Shown: positions 50,134-63,963, counted from the first letter of the stretch. The stretch is DNA of 64,000 nt from Amphiscolops sp. MND2022 (GCA_964187785.1 OZ076419.1:14198001-14262000), one strand, 5' to 3'. Notes: generated from the letters alone by a model not told the origin. A program made the numbers and translations.

Positions 50134-50700
50134 ATGAGTAAAAATTTTGTAAATGCGAATGCTGAAAAAGTGAAAGGGAGAGAAGTAATGAAAGAAGGTG
50201 CAAAAGACAAGTTTCTTACTGTGGTTATGAGGTCGAAAAGTTAAAAGTTGGAGGTAAATTTCGTGAAAAAAATGACTGCTATCTATTCGCAGAGGGTCTT
50301 TTGGATAAAATGAAATTGAAACCTGCAAAAAGTACTGTCGCAGCATTCAAGCAACCTTGGATATATTTCAATTTTAAAACAAGGAAAGTTAAATGTTTAC
50401 TGAAAATTCGTTCAAAACCATTACTTTTTACACATAAAATATGCTTCACAGGATGCGAAAGAATGCAGGAATAGCTGGCATGTAACCAAGAAATAAACGA
50501 AAAGAATGATGTTCATGTAACCAATTTTCAAAAAACACATAGCATCTTTTATTAATGGTTGTAACCAAGCCTTCAAACAACCAACCCTTTTTTCGACCCC
50601 AAACCCAGCGACTCGACTCATCCAACCAGACAGTTCACTGCCAAAGACTCAAAGACACAACCGCACCACGACATTTTCATTTAAAAAAGACCAAAGAAGT
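50134..50700 (+). pseudogene. ORF-X homolog (disrupted)
   Basis: NANAEKVKGREVMKEG..FLTVVMRSKS*..FAEGLLDKMKL..AFKQPWIYFNFK. Acceptor CACAG at 50450-50451 resumes with GATGC as in the 37-kb copy; then TNFQK..RQFTAKD..HDIFI. Confidence 0.7.
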
Positions 50701-51558
50701 AACCATGTATCGATTCCAACTTTAATTTGACTTTTACGTTAAACTCTGGAAATACAATTACTAATTAATGTTTTTGTTTTTGACAAGTTTAGGATTGACT
50801 TGCAGTTGAGACTTTTAAAAGCATAACATTTTTATTTCCAAACTCGAAAAATTTTGTTTAAATGGAATTTAATGTGAATTTTATTTTTTTTCGGAATAAC
50901 AACTTCTTGTTATGATTTTAAATAAAGTCTCTCAGGTACGTGGCAACAGTGTATCCTGATTTCAGCGGGTTCTTCAACAATCACATTTGGATCAGACGTC
51001 ACAACCTAACACTTTCAAAAGGTAATTGATCATGATTGGATTTGCACATCGATCAAATGAAACATTAGGAAACAAAAAATATCAAACATTTTGCTGAGAC
51101 ATTCATGATGTCAAAGTTCTGCGTATTGAAAACGGTTAAATATGATGAAATGAAAATACTATCTGGATGTATTTGGATATATATCTATAATTCGTTTTTG
51201 AATTACATCTAAATTGTAATCTTGCATTTTTTATCTATGGATTTTTATGAATATCATCTTTTTGAAAAAATCAAAACGAATGTAACATATTTTCCCGTTA
51301 AAAGACGCCTTTTAAATTCACTGCATTTTCAGTCAATCAAGAATATTTCCCAGAGATTGGAATTGTTCAATTTATCGAAAAAATTGATAATTGTTTTATG
51401 CATGAGGCCTGATTAATAACTATTTTGTTACAAATTAAACATAATTAATTTAAAAAAGGCCAAAATATAAAAAGTATTCCAAAACAATATTATAAGGGGG
51501 CTTTTTTGAAGGTTGACTAAATATATAAAAAATTATTAATTAATATAAAAAATGGTGA

Positions 51559-51700
51559 AGGGATGAACAATGGTTAAAATACGGCTCATCAAGAGTTAGC
51601 TTGCTGCGTTATACGGAAGGCCCTCCTGATGAAGCTATGTCCCCTTTTTTTAGTGGGTAACCTATGCTCAATTTTTTTTCAAGCAATTTTTCCCAGCTTT
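51559..51700 (+). other. Conserved non-coding hairpin motif, copy 2
   Basis: ACGGCTCATCAAGAGTTAGCTTGCTGCGTTAT...GCTATGTCCCC...TGGGTA-ACCTA-TGCTCA (51654-51670) then T8. Confidence 0.75.
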
Positions 51701-52514
51701 AAGTTCCCAACCTTGTCTTTATTCTTCATCGACAAACATGAAGTTGAATATTTATTTTTTCCATTCTTGATATCATAAATTTTCGAAATGTAAGCTATCA
51801 TAAAAAAATGTTTTTCCATGCTTTTGTAACTGAACAACATCCGAACAACTATCGATGTTCATACGGAAAGAAACCGACAAGCTCATGTCATTTTTAAAAG
51901 TTTTTTCAAAATAAACTAATTTTGATACAACAGTTGTTTAGCTACTTGCAACTTTGAATAATTTCAATACTCCATAATGAGTTTATAAATTTTATGTATA
52001 AAAATTTATATGTAATTTAGAATATTCATACACACTTTCTCATTTCCTTTGATAGCTTTACGTCCTGGCGTTATTAGTGATATATTCACCGTTTGATCAT
52101 CACTATTGTTCGCTTATTCATGATTGTATTTTGCAAAAAAACTTAATGCCCATAAGTTATGTATTACCATTCATATTTTTTCACGGATCAACCATCACGA
52201 AACCTATTTCAGCCACTCGTATATGATTTTTTGAAATGGAATCATAATCACCTTTTTTTCCGTCGAGTGTTAGATAATTTTTGTAAATTATATCAAATGA
52301 ATTTTCAACATATCAAAACATTTCCAAAAAAATATAATTTCTCAAATTTTCAAAGTTGCCATTATCTATTGATTCTAAACTCGTAGTTTTTCATTAACAC
52401 ATTCATACAAAAATTGATTTCATCTGTAAAGATGAATTTGAGCTACAAAAATTTTTCTGTAGCATGTCATCCCTATCTGTTTGATCTGAATGGTTAATTT
52501 TTTGTATTTTTAAG

Positions 52515-55500
52515 ATGACAAGGAGGAAAAAAATGTAACAGAGACCCTTCAACGGGGCGATTCTCTGTCGGACTCGATCGCCGATATCTGTTGATTATGA
52601 TGAGCTAGTTCATTACACAATCAGAAATCTTAGAAGACGTTTCTCCCGCTGCAAATAAAGATGATGTTATTGATACAGTAAATTACAATTTTGCTGAATC
52701 ATCTATTGATCATTGCCAAGATCCTCAAGTCGGTTCCAATGATTCAGAGGAAAGCATCGTATCAGAAGTCAATAATAACAATCAAGAGGGCCAAAATCTA
52801 AATCTTTCGGTCGGACTGGTAAGACATTGGTAAGAAATTGGTAAGACAATGAAGAGGATGTTATCAATCAATTGGAAACAACTCTACTTAACTTCAACAA
52901 TTCTATTGTCCTTGACAACGATTGTAGACGTGCAAAATGTTATCGACAGACAACAGAAGATTATCCAAAGAATTTTGTTCATGTCAACACAACTAATTTA
53001 CCTAATCGCAAGTTTGGAAGAAACATAAATCTGAAAACTACATCAAAATTGTGTTAACACTGTATCTATTACCATACCAAATCTTGTTGGAAGTATTCTT
53101 GGCCATCAGTTTTGTATACTTTCTTCGATGGTTCAAAGTTTTCGTGCAACGGACATTACTTCTTTTCGCTTTTCCCAAAGTCTCTTACAGATAGTTGGCA
53201 AACTTTTGCAGAGCAATTGTGACATCACAGCATGAGTTCTTTACCGTTATTCGAAGACCAAGGTGTTATTGAATCAAAATTTAACGAAATGTTGCAATCC
53301 CTTAAAGTCTCCAATATAAAATACAAATTGTGTCAGTTTACCTTTCCATTCATTGAATGTCCTGTTGGATGCAGTGTTCTGATAACAGAGGTTGGAAAAG
53401 TAAGTTTTGTTCATTTACTGAATCATTCGTTTAACAACGTCAAAGCATTTTGTGCAAACAAAGTTCATTTGAGAGGTATGCAACAGGATTGGTTAAACAG
53501 TACACTTTATTTGGATACTTATTTGTGTTCACCGTCTCTCATCATTGACGAGAATGGTTTATCACTTGCAACATGTTTCATTGATGACAAAAGTATCAAC
53601 AAGAAAATCATTCATTTGGCTTGGTCGCCTTTTGGAAACTTGACGCATCCTCATTGTGACCGATTAGCTCCTTTAGCCACAAAAATAGAGGTTATTTACC
53701 ATCAAAAACTGTGGAGGTTTCGAATGGCTTCACAATATCCACAAGTGTTGGAGGTCAAGCTGGTATAAGTAGTCTCCAAATAACCAATATCAGAAGTTTC
53801 AATGTTAAAAGCGAACTGTTTATTACCACTGACTGAGCCGTTAATTTATCAATTGAGAGAACACATTCGCAATGTAGCAATCTTAACCACTCTTCTATAA
53901 ACCACGATTTCCTTGAAGATCTTCGAGATGAAAGTGCTGTTACCGCCAAAGAACTAATTGAACAATTTACTTGTACCGCCAACAATCACACAATGTTTTC
54001 AATGCTGTCAGTTAAAAAGTCTCTGGAAGAGAACAACGATGTAAACAAGGTAATACCGTGTTCGTTGCTGATATGTCACAACAACAACAAACAAGGAGCT
54101 GAACCTGTATTCCCAACATCAAAATCTTTTCGTCGAAGAATATCTTTGTTTGTCATTACAACTTGGTTCGTTAATTTTGAGATATTCGGTTATTTGAGTT
54201 CGCTTGATGACAAATTCTTCAACGGTATTTATAAAAATTCAAATATAAAGGATGCACAGAAAACGGTAAAAGAAGTTTAAAAGAGTTTGAGACAACATTT
54301 CAACATTGGAAATACGATAGTTTTGAATTACGATTTGCTGGCACAACTTTTGGATAGAAAGGAGAATTGTCAGGTTGTTTATTGTCCTTCACGTTGTCTG
54401 ATTGATGGGTCCGATTTCCCAATAATAAACAGCTCATATAACATTGTTTATGCAGTTTGTGTTTTGTGTTCTGAAAAAAGAGGTTACGATATTCCTGGAA
54501 AAATCTTTATTTATGGCTCCGATTTCAAGTTGATTCATGTATTCTCTTCAGACAACGGAATACAAATTATTCGTTATGAAAGCTGTTACAATGACTGGTG
54601 GATTTATGCACCGGAAAGTGTTTTGAAAAAAAAAAAACAAAACAAATTTGTGGACATCAGTTAGAAAGAAGTTGGCAAGTTCTGTTTTATTTGACTGATT
54701 ACACCTGTATTAAACAAACAGTTATTTCTACATTATTTCTAAGTCGTCAAAATAAAACTGCTCGAGACGACCACAAGAAGTTTTTGTCTGCAGACATAAT
54801 TGAAACACCTTTCAAACGTTCATTATCAGAATGCCAACGGAAATCAGCATTCAGGTGTCCAATCAAGATTTGTGAAACTTGTATATGTAAATTTCACTTG
54901 AGTCAACTCGACAACAACATGGAAACTTGTTTTTTTTTGCATTCCAACAATGAATTCAATTCAATTGATTTCTCTGAAACTGAATTACTCACAAGCAACT
55001 ATTCAACTTCTGGTATTGACATGGATTTCCCAATTGAAATTCAAGCAATCGAAGAAACTGAGTATTTTAAAGATTTCTCATCGCAAACAGAAACAACATC
55101 CAACCTACCAACAGTCGAAGTTAATTTGAATACTGATAAAATACCATTTCACTTTTTCTTTAATCAAAGTCTCCAAATTTTCCGCCGTTTGAAAAAAGTA
55201 CCAATTATTTCAGAGTATGTCCAACGATTCTTTCAAAATTTTGCAGCAGCCCAGCTGCATCATAGTGTCTTTATTTCAACCTGAATCTCTTCTTTGTCCA
55301 TCACTGTTTCTGAAACAAAATCATGACAGTTCTTTTGATATTGCCAAACCTTATTATCTTCATGGTGACATTATTGCTAAGGCCAAATTGAGGTTCGCAA
55401 GTTTCTACAATGTGTACTGTCGAATCAACAATCTTGAATTAGCTGTCAGTGCGAATGTCAAACATTTGTATTATCTTGTTGATGCACTTTTGAATATCAA

Positions 55501-56745
55501 CCTTCATAAATCATTAACTTGTAAATACTTCAAACGAGGTATACAGAATATTGAAGTAAAAGGAGAAAAAATTAACAAATCAATTGTACAGTCCAACACA
55601 ATATCCATTACAGATTCGGAGAAAAACGTAAAGGAATTAGCTCGAGCAATAACCTACAAAGGCCCTTCAGTTTTCTTAACTATTACCTTGAACATGACGA
55701 AACATCCAGGAACAGCAACGCTAATCAGAACTATTGGCACCCTCTTTCTAGACAAAACATTGGAAGAATACAAAGCAGCTATGCAGACCTTCATGCCTGT
55801 AATTATGAGAATCTGGAATTTAACGGTTCAGGTTCTATTAAATTATCTGATTAAATCACCTGCACATTTGCTTGGAAATATAGATTATTGGGGTAGGGTT
55901 GAGTTCCAGAAAAACAGCGGCAACTCACTACCATTTTCTACTGTGGCTGAAAGATTCAATGAATGATATACAACAAATATTGCATCTACAAGAAAGAACC
56001 TAGCAGCTGCATTTACAGACATACTGGTATCAAATTTTAAAATAATGAAAGATGAAGATGATCTAGAGACTATTTATAATTTATGTTTACGAGTTCGTAC
56101 ACAAGATTGTTCAAAACAATCCAATAGATGCAAAATAAAACGAGACCATCAAGGTTATGCCATCTGCCGTTTTCCTCCTTATCAGCAGTCAAATGTTTTT
56201 TGGTTGAAAGATATAACAATTTCATTTAGAAAAAAAACGTTCGTGCTGCTAGAAGAACACGAACGCGCAAAATCGATTGATGACTTTTCATTTGAACTTG
56301 ACGGATCTTTGCTTCCAAATAAAGTTTCTTCCCGCCGACAGGGGTTGTCATTTGATGCCAACTTGTCCTGGATTATTCACAATTACAAATTCAAGTACCA
56401 ATGTTTTACTCAATACAAAAATTTACAGTTCACGTTATTTGAACAAATATGCTGCAGGAAAAGAAAAAGTGTTTATGCTTCTGTACAGACAGGTTGATCA
56501 AATAAAACGTGGAATGTGGTACAAGATGAAAATAAAACCGTGAAAACAACTGGAAACGAAGTACGTCTCGTGGCACGGAAATATAAACAAAGGCAAAGAA
56601 AAGAAATAAAAGCTGTAACAGTATCACAGACCGAACAAATTTGGTGGCCTTTAAAACTACCTAGCCTATTGACTTCTTTTGATTCAATCTTGTTCCATCG
56701 ATTGCAATGGAAAAACGCGGTGGAATAATGAAGAGATATCAACAA
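52515..56745 (+). pseudogene. D1: C-like RepHel N-terminal region and Rep domain, truncated after Rep
   Basis: DRLAPLATKI, QPESLLCPSL, SVFLTITLN, YWGRVEFQ, frameshifted HYHFLLWL, RYLNKYAAGKE and QTEQIWW; collinear with C. Confidence 0.88.
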
Positions 56746-56810
56746 AGTGCGCATTACATCACGCAATGTATTTCAGTCAGCGATAATCAAAGAAAAAAAA
56801 TAGCTTATTC

Positions 56811-59800
56811 TTGGATGTTTTTCCATATTCAATGTTATGCAGAACATTGAGGAGTGTTTTTTTAAACAAATTTAGTGAGAACTATAGAGCGGCTTTACAA
56901 TTTTATATGCCTGTTATATTGCGTATGTGGATTATGACTGTTGATCGTCTGGTTGATTATCTTTTACGATCGCCTGAAAAAATGTTGGGTGAAAAATTGG
57001 ACATTTGGGGTAGATGCAAAAAAGACACTTTAATTGAGAATGTACCACAATATCACTTCCTTTTGTGGCTGAAACTTCAATGTAAAAGTTAGAAATAATG
57101 GTTGCTTCCACTTGTAGACATTTACAATTCCATTTCGATAATTTATTTACATCCAATTTTGAACTAATCAAAGATGAATAAGACTTGCATCAATTTCCAC
57201 CGACTTCATTAACATTCACACTCACGACGGTCACAAAAATAAAAGTAGCTGTTTCCGGAAAAGATCTTCTGATGGTCAACTTATCTGTAGATTTCCACCT
57301 TACCAAGCAGCAAACACTGTTTGGTTGAAAACGATACCTCAAAACTTTTCAGCAGAAATTGTTGAAATTCTCCAAAAGCTCCAGTTGGTGAATACAAACT
57401 CCGATGATTTTGAAATTGATATAGATCCTGTTATAAAATGCTCTAAATATTCCTATGCTGCGGAACCTGGAAAACATATCATGCCCAATTCACCCACTTT
57501 GTTTGCCCTCACTCAATCGAGCGGAAACATTTTGTTTATTACTGAAAATTTCAGTTCAAAATACTTGAACAAGTACGCTGCGGGCAAACAGGAGCACCCG
57601 GATGTTTAATTAAATCAGGTTCCAGCGCGAATTCCATCAGAGTTGAGGTCGGTGGTATTGAAAATCGGAAAATAAGTGTAGCTTCCATACAATACGAGAA
57701 GGACAAACTTAACAGAAGATCTACTGCGGGAATCAGTGCACTACACCTTGCCAAAACAGAATTTATTTTGTGGGCTTTGAAGCTACCATGTATTATTACT
57801 ACATTCTGTTTTGTGCGTGTTCCATCCGTGCCATCGGAATTTCGAGGTGCCTTTAAATTATTGTCAAATAAACGGTTGACTGAAGGAACTCAGGTTTCAA
57901 TTCTTAATATTCTTGATATTCATATAAATGAAAAATTTACAACAAACCAAAAATTATATATTCAAGATTATTTAAATTCTAACCTTTCTTTGGACACGGT
58001 TACATGTTTCTCTTTACGTCCTCCATTATTGCTCGTTGTTCGGAAACTGATAGATTACTTTTCCCATTTATTTTTCCTTCGAAAAGTCGAACGTGATGAT
58101 CTTACACAGGAGTTATCAAAAACACCACAGCCTTGGATTGATGGTTCATTTTCTATAGTTAAAATTCGTTACCATTCATTCCCATTTATAAATGACCTTC
58201 TGACAATGTTTTTGGATCGTGGTTACTCATCTCCTGCAATACTTGAACCGAAGTTTATCCTGGATCACATTCATTTTCCAATATATTTCGATACCTTCGT
58301 TTCAAAGAACCTTCAATTATCGAAATCTCCCCTGTAGTTGTTTTCGCATCAGTGTATCCCCAGCATTCTTTTAAATTTTTACTTCATCTACTATATTCTA
58401 TGGGTGAGTTCGATAAAGAAAATGAATTACTTCAAGGACGTACACTAGAAGATTGTTTTGTTAGAGCAAAACTTTTACCTTATGAACAACTTGATGAATC
58501 CCATGCCTGTGATATCGTGAAAAAAAGTAGTGGAACAGCTAAAATATTTACCTGGTGGAACAGTTTCGTTTTCAAACAGATTGATTTGTGCTTACGAAGC
58601 TATTACTTCTTTAATCTTGAAAGATAGTTGGGATAAGAAGTCATATCCTTGTGTTTTGATGTCTACATTAACGTACAAGTCAGAAATTGAGATCTCTCAA
58701 TGTATCAAGACTGTACGAATCATATATTTCGAGCGGTTAAACCCCCCAATCTTAGCAATTTACTAGCCACTTTAATAAGTACAGACCGTTTATGGATTCC
58801 GAAATTAATCAAGTTTGATGTACAAACTACTGAATCTTTCGAACAACAGACAGCAGTTATCAACAAAATAATCGGAGAGGTGAAAAAAATTAGGACGAAA
58901 CAAAAGAATATCGAAGAAACACATAAATTTAGGAAAACCAGGCGCAGGTAAGAGTCATGTTTCCAGTATATGTCTTCTTTTCGTGATACTGAGCGGTCTA
59001 ACTTGCTTTGTGACAGGTTTAGAGTCAAGGAGAGCAGCAACAATCAATTGCGAACATTTACATCGTTTGTTTTGTATTGGTACAAACATGGAACTTGGAG
59101 TCAAAGATGTGGTCGACAAAGCAGTAAAATAGTTAAATTTCAATCCAAAGAAACGTGCAACGTTACTATCTCTCGATTTATTAGTGATTGAAAAAACTGG
59201 GTTGATATCTCGAGAGTTGCTAGCAATTGTGGATATGATTCTACGAGTTAAGAGCAATGATGAATGTTTTGGTGGTGTTTTCATTATTTTAAATGGAGAC
59301 ACAAATCAATTGCCTAATATTGAAGGATCAAAAGGAGCAGAAAATGAGCACAAAACCTATTCAAGAGCAAGACATTCTATAAAATACAAATGTAATACCT
59401 GAACACTGTAATTTTGAGGACGATTGGGCTTCAGTAACAAAGGACAGTGATATAAAAGTGTTCGGAAAAAATGGCAGAGAGAGAAGCTATCAGTGCTTAT
59501 CAGAATCGAATGAAGCAAGGTCAAGGACGTTATTGTGAATTTAAGTCTATCGATGAAACGAGTTCAGCACAATTTTATATGGCAGTCTGCATCGAAAAAA
59601 GTAATCAAATTTCTGGATATAGAAGTAAATGAGCCTCGTTATTTGGTGCTTAAAAAACATTGCATTTTACGTCTAACTGCTAATATTGACACTTTATGTC
59701 AAGGAAATGTTTGCTTCTTAGCAGATCTTGCTGAAACTACAGATTTTTCGATCGCAGTAAACGTTGCTCCTCACGTGGACGCTGTCGCCGACACAAACTT

Positions 59801-60739
59801 GTTTATTAAAAAGATTTTCTAAATTGGCCGCTAAAAAAGAATTAGCCGAGTTGTTGGTTATACTATGTCTATGGAGACTACAACAGTGCGTAGGACACAA
59901 CTACCTGTTAATAATTATGTAACCCTGACAATACATAAATTATTGGGAGATACCTTTGGTAAACTGAAATCTCAGATTTCTGTTACTGAGAGCAAATACA
60001 ATCTTTGGATGGCATCTCAATTATGTTATTCTTAGCAGAGTAAAAAAACTCAAAAATATCACTTTCGAAGGGACGAAGATAGTTTGGTGTTTCATCTGAG
60101 AAACTGTACGTTTAAAATGAAAAACAAATTATTTAATTTAAATTCTTAAACATAGCTCATACCTGATATCCAACTTAAATTACTAATTTATTTGAAATTA
60201 AATCTATTACTGTAATTATTGAAACACCAAACTATTCGGGAAGAGACTTTGTCAGCAATACTTCAAATCCGGCATCATGTTGATAAAAAGGAACTTGAGG
60301 TTCAGGCCAGATTCAAAATGTTAAAACAAATTTAATCGGCACGAGGAACAGTTATTGATTTGACAGATGAAGCAGTTATACCCTTGAGAGTCGAGGTGCC
60401 ACAAACAGAAAATGGTTATGTATACTCGTCAGTTAGCCTCGGTGACAGAACGTTTGAAACGAAATGTTTTACAAAAGAAATCTACCTAAAACTCTGGGAC
60501 GTAACAACTCAGATTCCGACATTTCAAAAACCAATAAAAAAGACATGAGGCCGTGGTCACTAGCGGCTTTTGTTTTCAACTTTCAAGATGATGAAACGAG
60601 GATAACATATAGAAACGAGCTCGCTAGTATTACAAATTCTTCTCTTCATTATAAAGTTTGCAATGATTACATGAAGCGGTTATATACACGTTCGCCTTAC
60701 GAACAAACAACATTCTGTTGCTGCAATCGGAACAGCTAA
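56811..60739 (+). pseudogene. D2: A-like Rep (3' half), PIF1 helicase and GIY-YIG-like domain (disrupted)
   Basis: YMPVILRMW, PQYHFLLWL, KYLNKYAAGKQEHP, GKPGAGKSH (~58932), LLVIEKTG, NGDTNQLP, TIHKLLGDT, NGYVYSSVS..RPWSLAAFVFNF. Confidence 0.88.
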
Positions 60740-61440
60740 AGAGATACACGGTAATGATGACAACATAGATGTTTAACTTTAAAAACAAAAGTTTTCAAAG
60801 GTTAAAAAATTTTTTTGTTTTCAAATGTAAATGTACAGACATTTCTGTAAATGTAAATTGTCATGTACAGACATTCCAGATTTCTCAAACATCTTTCTTT
60901 GAACATTAATCAGTGAATTTGAGGTACAGATTTCGAAGTGAATATTATATAAATTCAAGATTGTTGTCATCATTGTGAGGCAAGTATGCCTTCCAAAGGG
61001 AAATCCATTATATCTACATTCATCTCTGATAATGATCATATTATATATAAATAATCTTTAAGGGTTATACAATCTTGTTGATTTAAATTACAGTATCAAT
61101 ACATGTTTTTCTCATTGTTTCTCAATGAAGTTTTTTGTATGGAATAGCAACATTTTATTATTCAATTTTTTATTAATCAATCAAAATATGAAGGATCATT
61201 GATTAATAGCTTTATCTTAAACATATCTTTTTATTAAGTTTACTGATTGTAAATTCCTTCAAATAAATGAAAATTTCGATATATAAATAACTCTTTAGAT
61301 AAATAAATAAATAAATATATACTTTTACCGTAAACACTTAATTCGTCATGATTACTCAAGCAGTAATTTTCTGCCTCTTCAAACTACCCGAACATTTCGA
61401 TAATGGTTTCACGTTTTTCAGAACATTGCAAGTAAACAAA

Positions 61441-62104
61441 ATGACAAGAGTGCTAATTATTGGTGATAGCCACCTCAAAAGGATCAACCATGAATTGCTG
61501 GAGTATCATGTATCTGTTTGTGCAAGGGAGGTCTAAATGTATCAGAATTGAACGAACAACTTTTTATTCAGGAATATGACATTTCCTTTTTATTCGTCGG
61601 AGGAAACGACATTCCTTTCCACACTTTCTATAACCCAGAACCTAAAACCGTTGACGCTACAGCTAACAAACTCATCCGTTGTCAAACTGTTTTTTCTTAC
61701 AATGGAAATTGAATTTTTAAACTATGTTTCCATCTGTTTGAGATGCTTCAAATGCTGATCGTTTTTTCACAGCTCATACAATTATATAACTTATCCAGTT
61801 CAAAGAAAATGTGTTTTTGGAAAACAGTTTGACAACTATTAGAGGCTTGACACAAGGTTGCAATTCGCTCCCTGGTAAACAAGGCTACACTTTTGGAGTT
61901 ATGCCACGGAAGACCTCTCCTGGAGTACCTAAACTTAACGAAACACCTAAAGAAAGATTGAACAATGACTTCATCCCCACTGCCCACCTTATTAGGAATT
62001 GCTATTTGAGTAAAGACCGAGTGCATCTACGTCCAGCTGCGTATTATCACCTGGTCAAAACAATCAATAAAACCTTAACAGATATTCTCTCTCACAATCG
62101 CTGA
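61441..62104 (+). pseudogene. SGNH/GDSL hydrolase gene (frameshifted)
   Basis: VLIIGDSH (block I), KGG (block II), FVGGND (block III) and SKDRVHL (block V DxxH), spread over three ORFs. Confidence 0.85.
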
Positions 62105-63633
62105 AATTACATACTATTTAATCCCCATAGTTTGTTTTCATTCATTCGAATGAGTTATCATAGTCTTATATTATAAACATAACGTTTAATTGTTCGCGCG
62201 AGTTGTTTGAACATATCTTCTCAACTGCAGAAATTTTTTTAGCTACTAGAAGATTGGTTCAAGTTTAATGACAGACAGAAAATTGAAAATAGATCGCATC
62301 GTTTTGGAAAATATTTATTGTCAACTTTCCTGAATTCCAGCAACTTTATTGAGCGATTCATTTTTTAAAAAATTTATGCTACCAGGACTGATCAATATTT
62401 TCATATACTTTCACGGAGTTCTACAGTTTATTTAAATACTGGCACTAAAAATTACCAGGCAAAAATGACTTCATCGATATTTTGAAGTCAATAAGGTTCA
62501 ATATTGGTTTTTTCTCAAATCCGTTTTTCTTGATGGTGAAACATTGCAAACATTTTTTATCGATGCCAGAATAGCCTGTGTAGAAGGTTTTTTGTTTTCC
62601 AATGTTTCAATGTTCATTTCAACAATTCACATCTGCAATTCATTCATTTCGCTATCTAGCCGAGTTTAATAATTTTCACGTTTTCTAGATACACTAATGT
62701 TACTTCTATGTCAGTAATATGGGCAAAAAAAGTTAGTTGTTTGTTCCATTTTGTCTAATAAGGTATCAAAAAATCATTGCAAACGTAGGTTGGTATACTT
62801 CAGAGAAGAGTCGTTACCAAATGTGGCGTTTGTGGCCGCTTTGTGTCATCTAATTAGTTGTTCTGTGTTTGCACCAACCAGAAACTCCTCCAGTTGTAAC
62901 TTCACTAAAGCACTTTAGCATAATATGATCGGATAGGGCTTCAAATTTTAAAAGTCTTTTGTTCCGTTAAAGATCCAGAATAATGACACTGATCACCCCG
63001 CGGAAAAAATTCCAAGGAATAATAGGTTGGTAGAATTCCAACATTATGATTGGTAGCAGAAGCATGATCGACTAAATTAGGTCACTGTACTGCTCAAAAC
63101 TGCGAGTTGAGAAACCACTCTGGTATTTATCAAGTTAACCTTATAAACCATTTCTTTTGATTACATTGAACAAGTTAGATTTGTGTTGATAACTCCTTTG
63201 CTCATGAAATGAGTTATTGACTAGAAACTTGTAGCTATAAGGAATTCTTTGGGTTATACCTTTTTCACAATTTTCCAGTTTATTCATTTTTAAACAAAAT
63301 GTTATATTTCATATGTCCATTTTTTGCATATACCCGAAATACATAGAATTAACGAATGTGGTACTGATGTTACGAAGCAACTGCTTCAATCATTGTATGT
63401 TCGTTTTAAGCAAACAAACTTCGCCTTTTCCATCACCTCCTTTTTTTAAGAACACGTAGACGGTTCTTTCCCATCAATTGCAAGTCCGGTTGTCTTTCGA
63501 TTGTTTCGGAGAAGCCTTCGTCATTGCGGGTATCACAACGTGCTCAATATTCACTACCTTTCTTGTTTAAGCCCTTAATCCGACAGCAAGTTGCTCCACG
63601 CATCTTCCGTCAAACGATGATCACGCGTCGAGT

Positions 63634-63963
63634 TTGCGCGAGACCATTTCCAACTACATGACGCATGCCGACTCACAGTCGCGTCTGCCTACACCAGGTC
63701 CATCTTTCATCCCCATTCCTAACGTCTACCAATCCCCTCCTCCGAACTGTCACGATGATCACCTCAACATGCAAAAGAAGTTAAAGATGCATTTGGTCAC
63801 TGTAATTGGCGATGTTCTGAGTATTCACGATGCGTCTTTAACTGGCGAAACTTGTGATAAACGTCTGCGAACGTCCCCTCTGTCTCACAAGTTTTTGATC
63901 CCTAAACACTGTCAAAAAAAACAAAAAAATTTGTCACAAGCTCAACCTAAGCACTTCGCTTAA
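63634..63963 (+). CDS. Hypothetical 109-aa ORF in a GC-richer stretch
   Basis: Open frame with a Pro/Ser-rich start; no recognisable motif. Confidence 0.2.
   Translation: MRETISNYMTHADSQSRLPTPGPSFIPIPNVYQSPPPNCHDDHLNMQKKLKMHLVTVIGDVLSIHDASLTGETCDKRLRTSPLSHKFLIPKHCQKKQKNLSQAQPKHFA

Larger units (their letters stand above)
38296..51680 (+). mobile_element. Putative near-complete Helitron/Helentron-like element C (about 13.4 kb); boundaries inferred
   Basis: The interval between the two copies of the conserved hairpin motif holds RepHel-GIY-YIG, the Cys-containing accessory gene and ORF-X. The boundaries are an inference. Confidence 0.5.

Noticed and set aside
1497-60739. Stop-codon reassignment to explain the many in-frame TAA/TAG codons
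   Set aside because: Stops replace different codons (GAA, TTA, a Tyr position) and differ between duplicate copies, frameshifts are abundant, and the BEL ORF ends normally at TAA.
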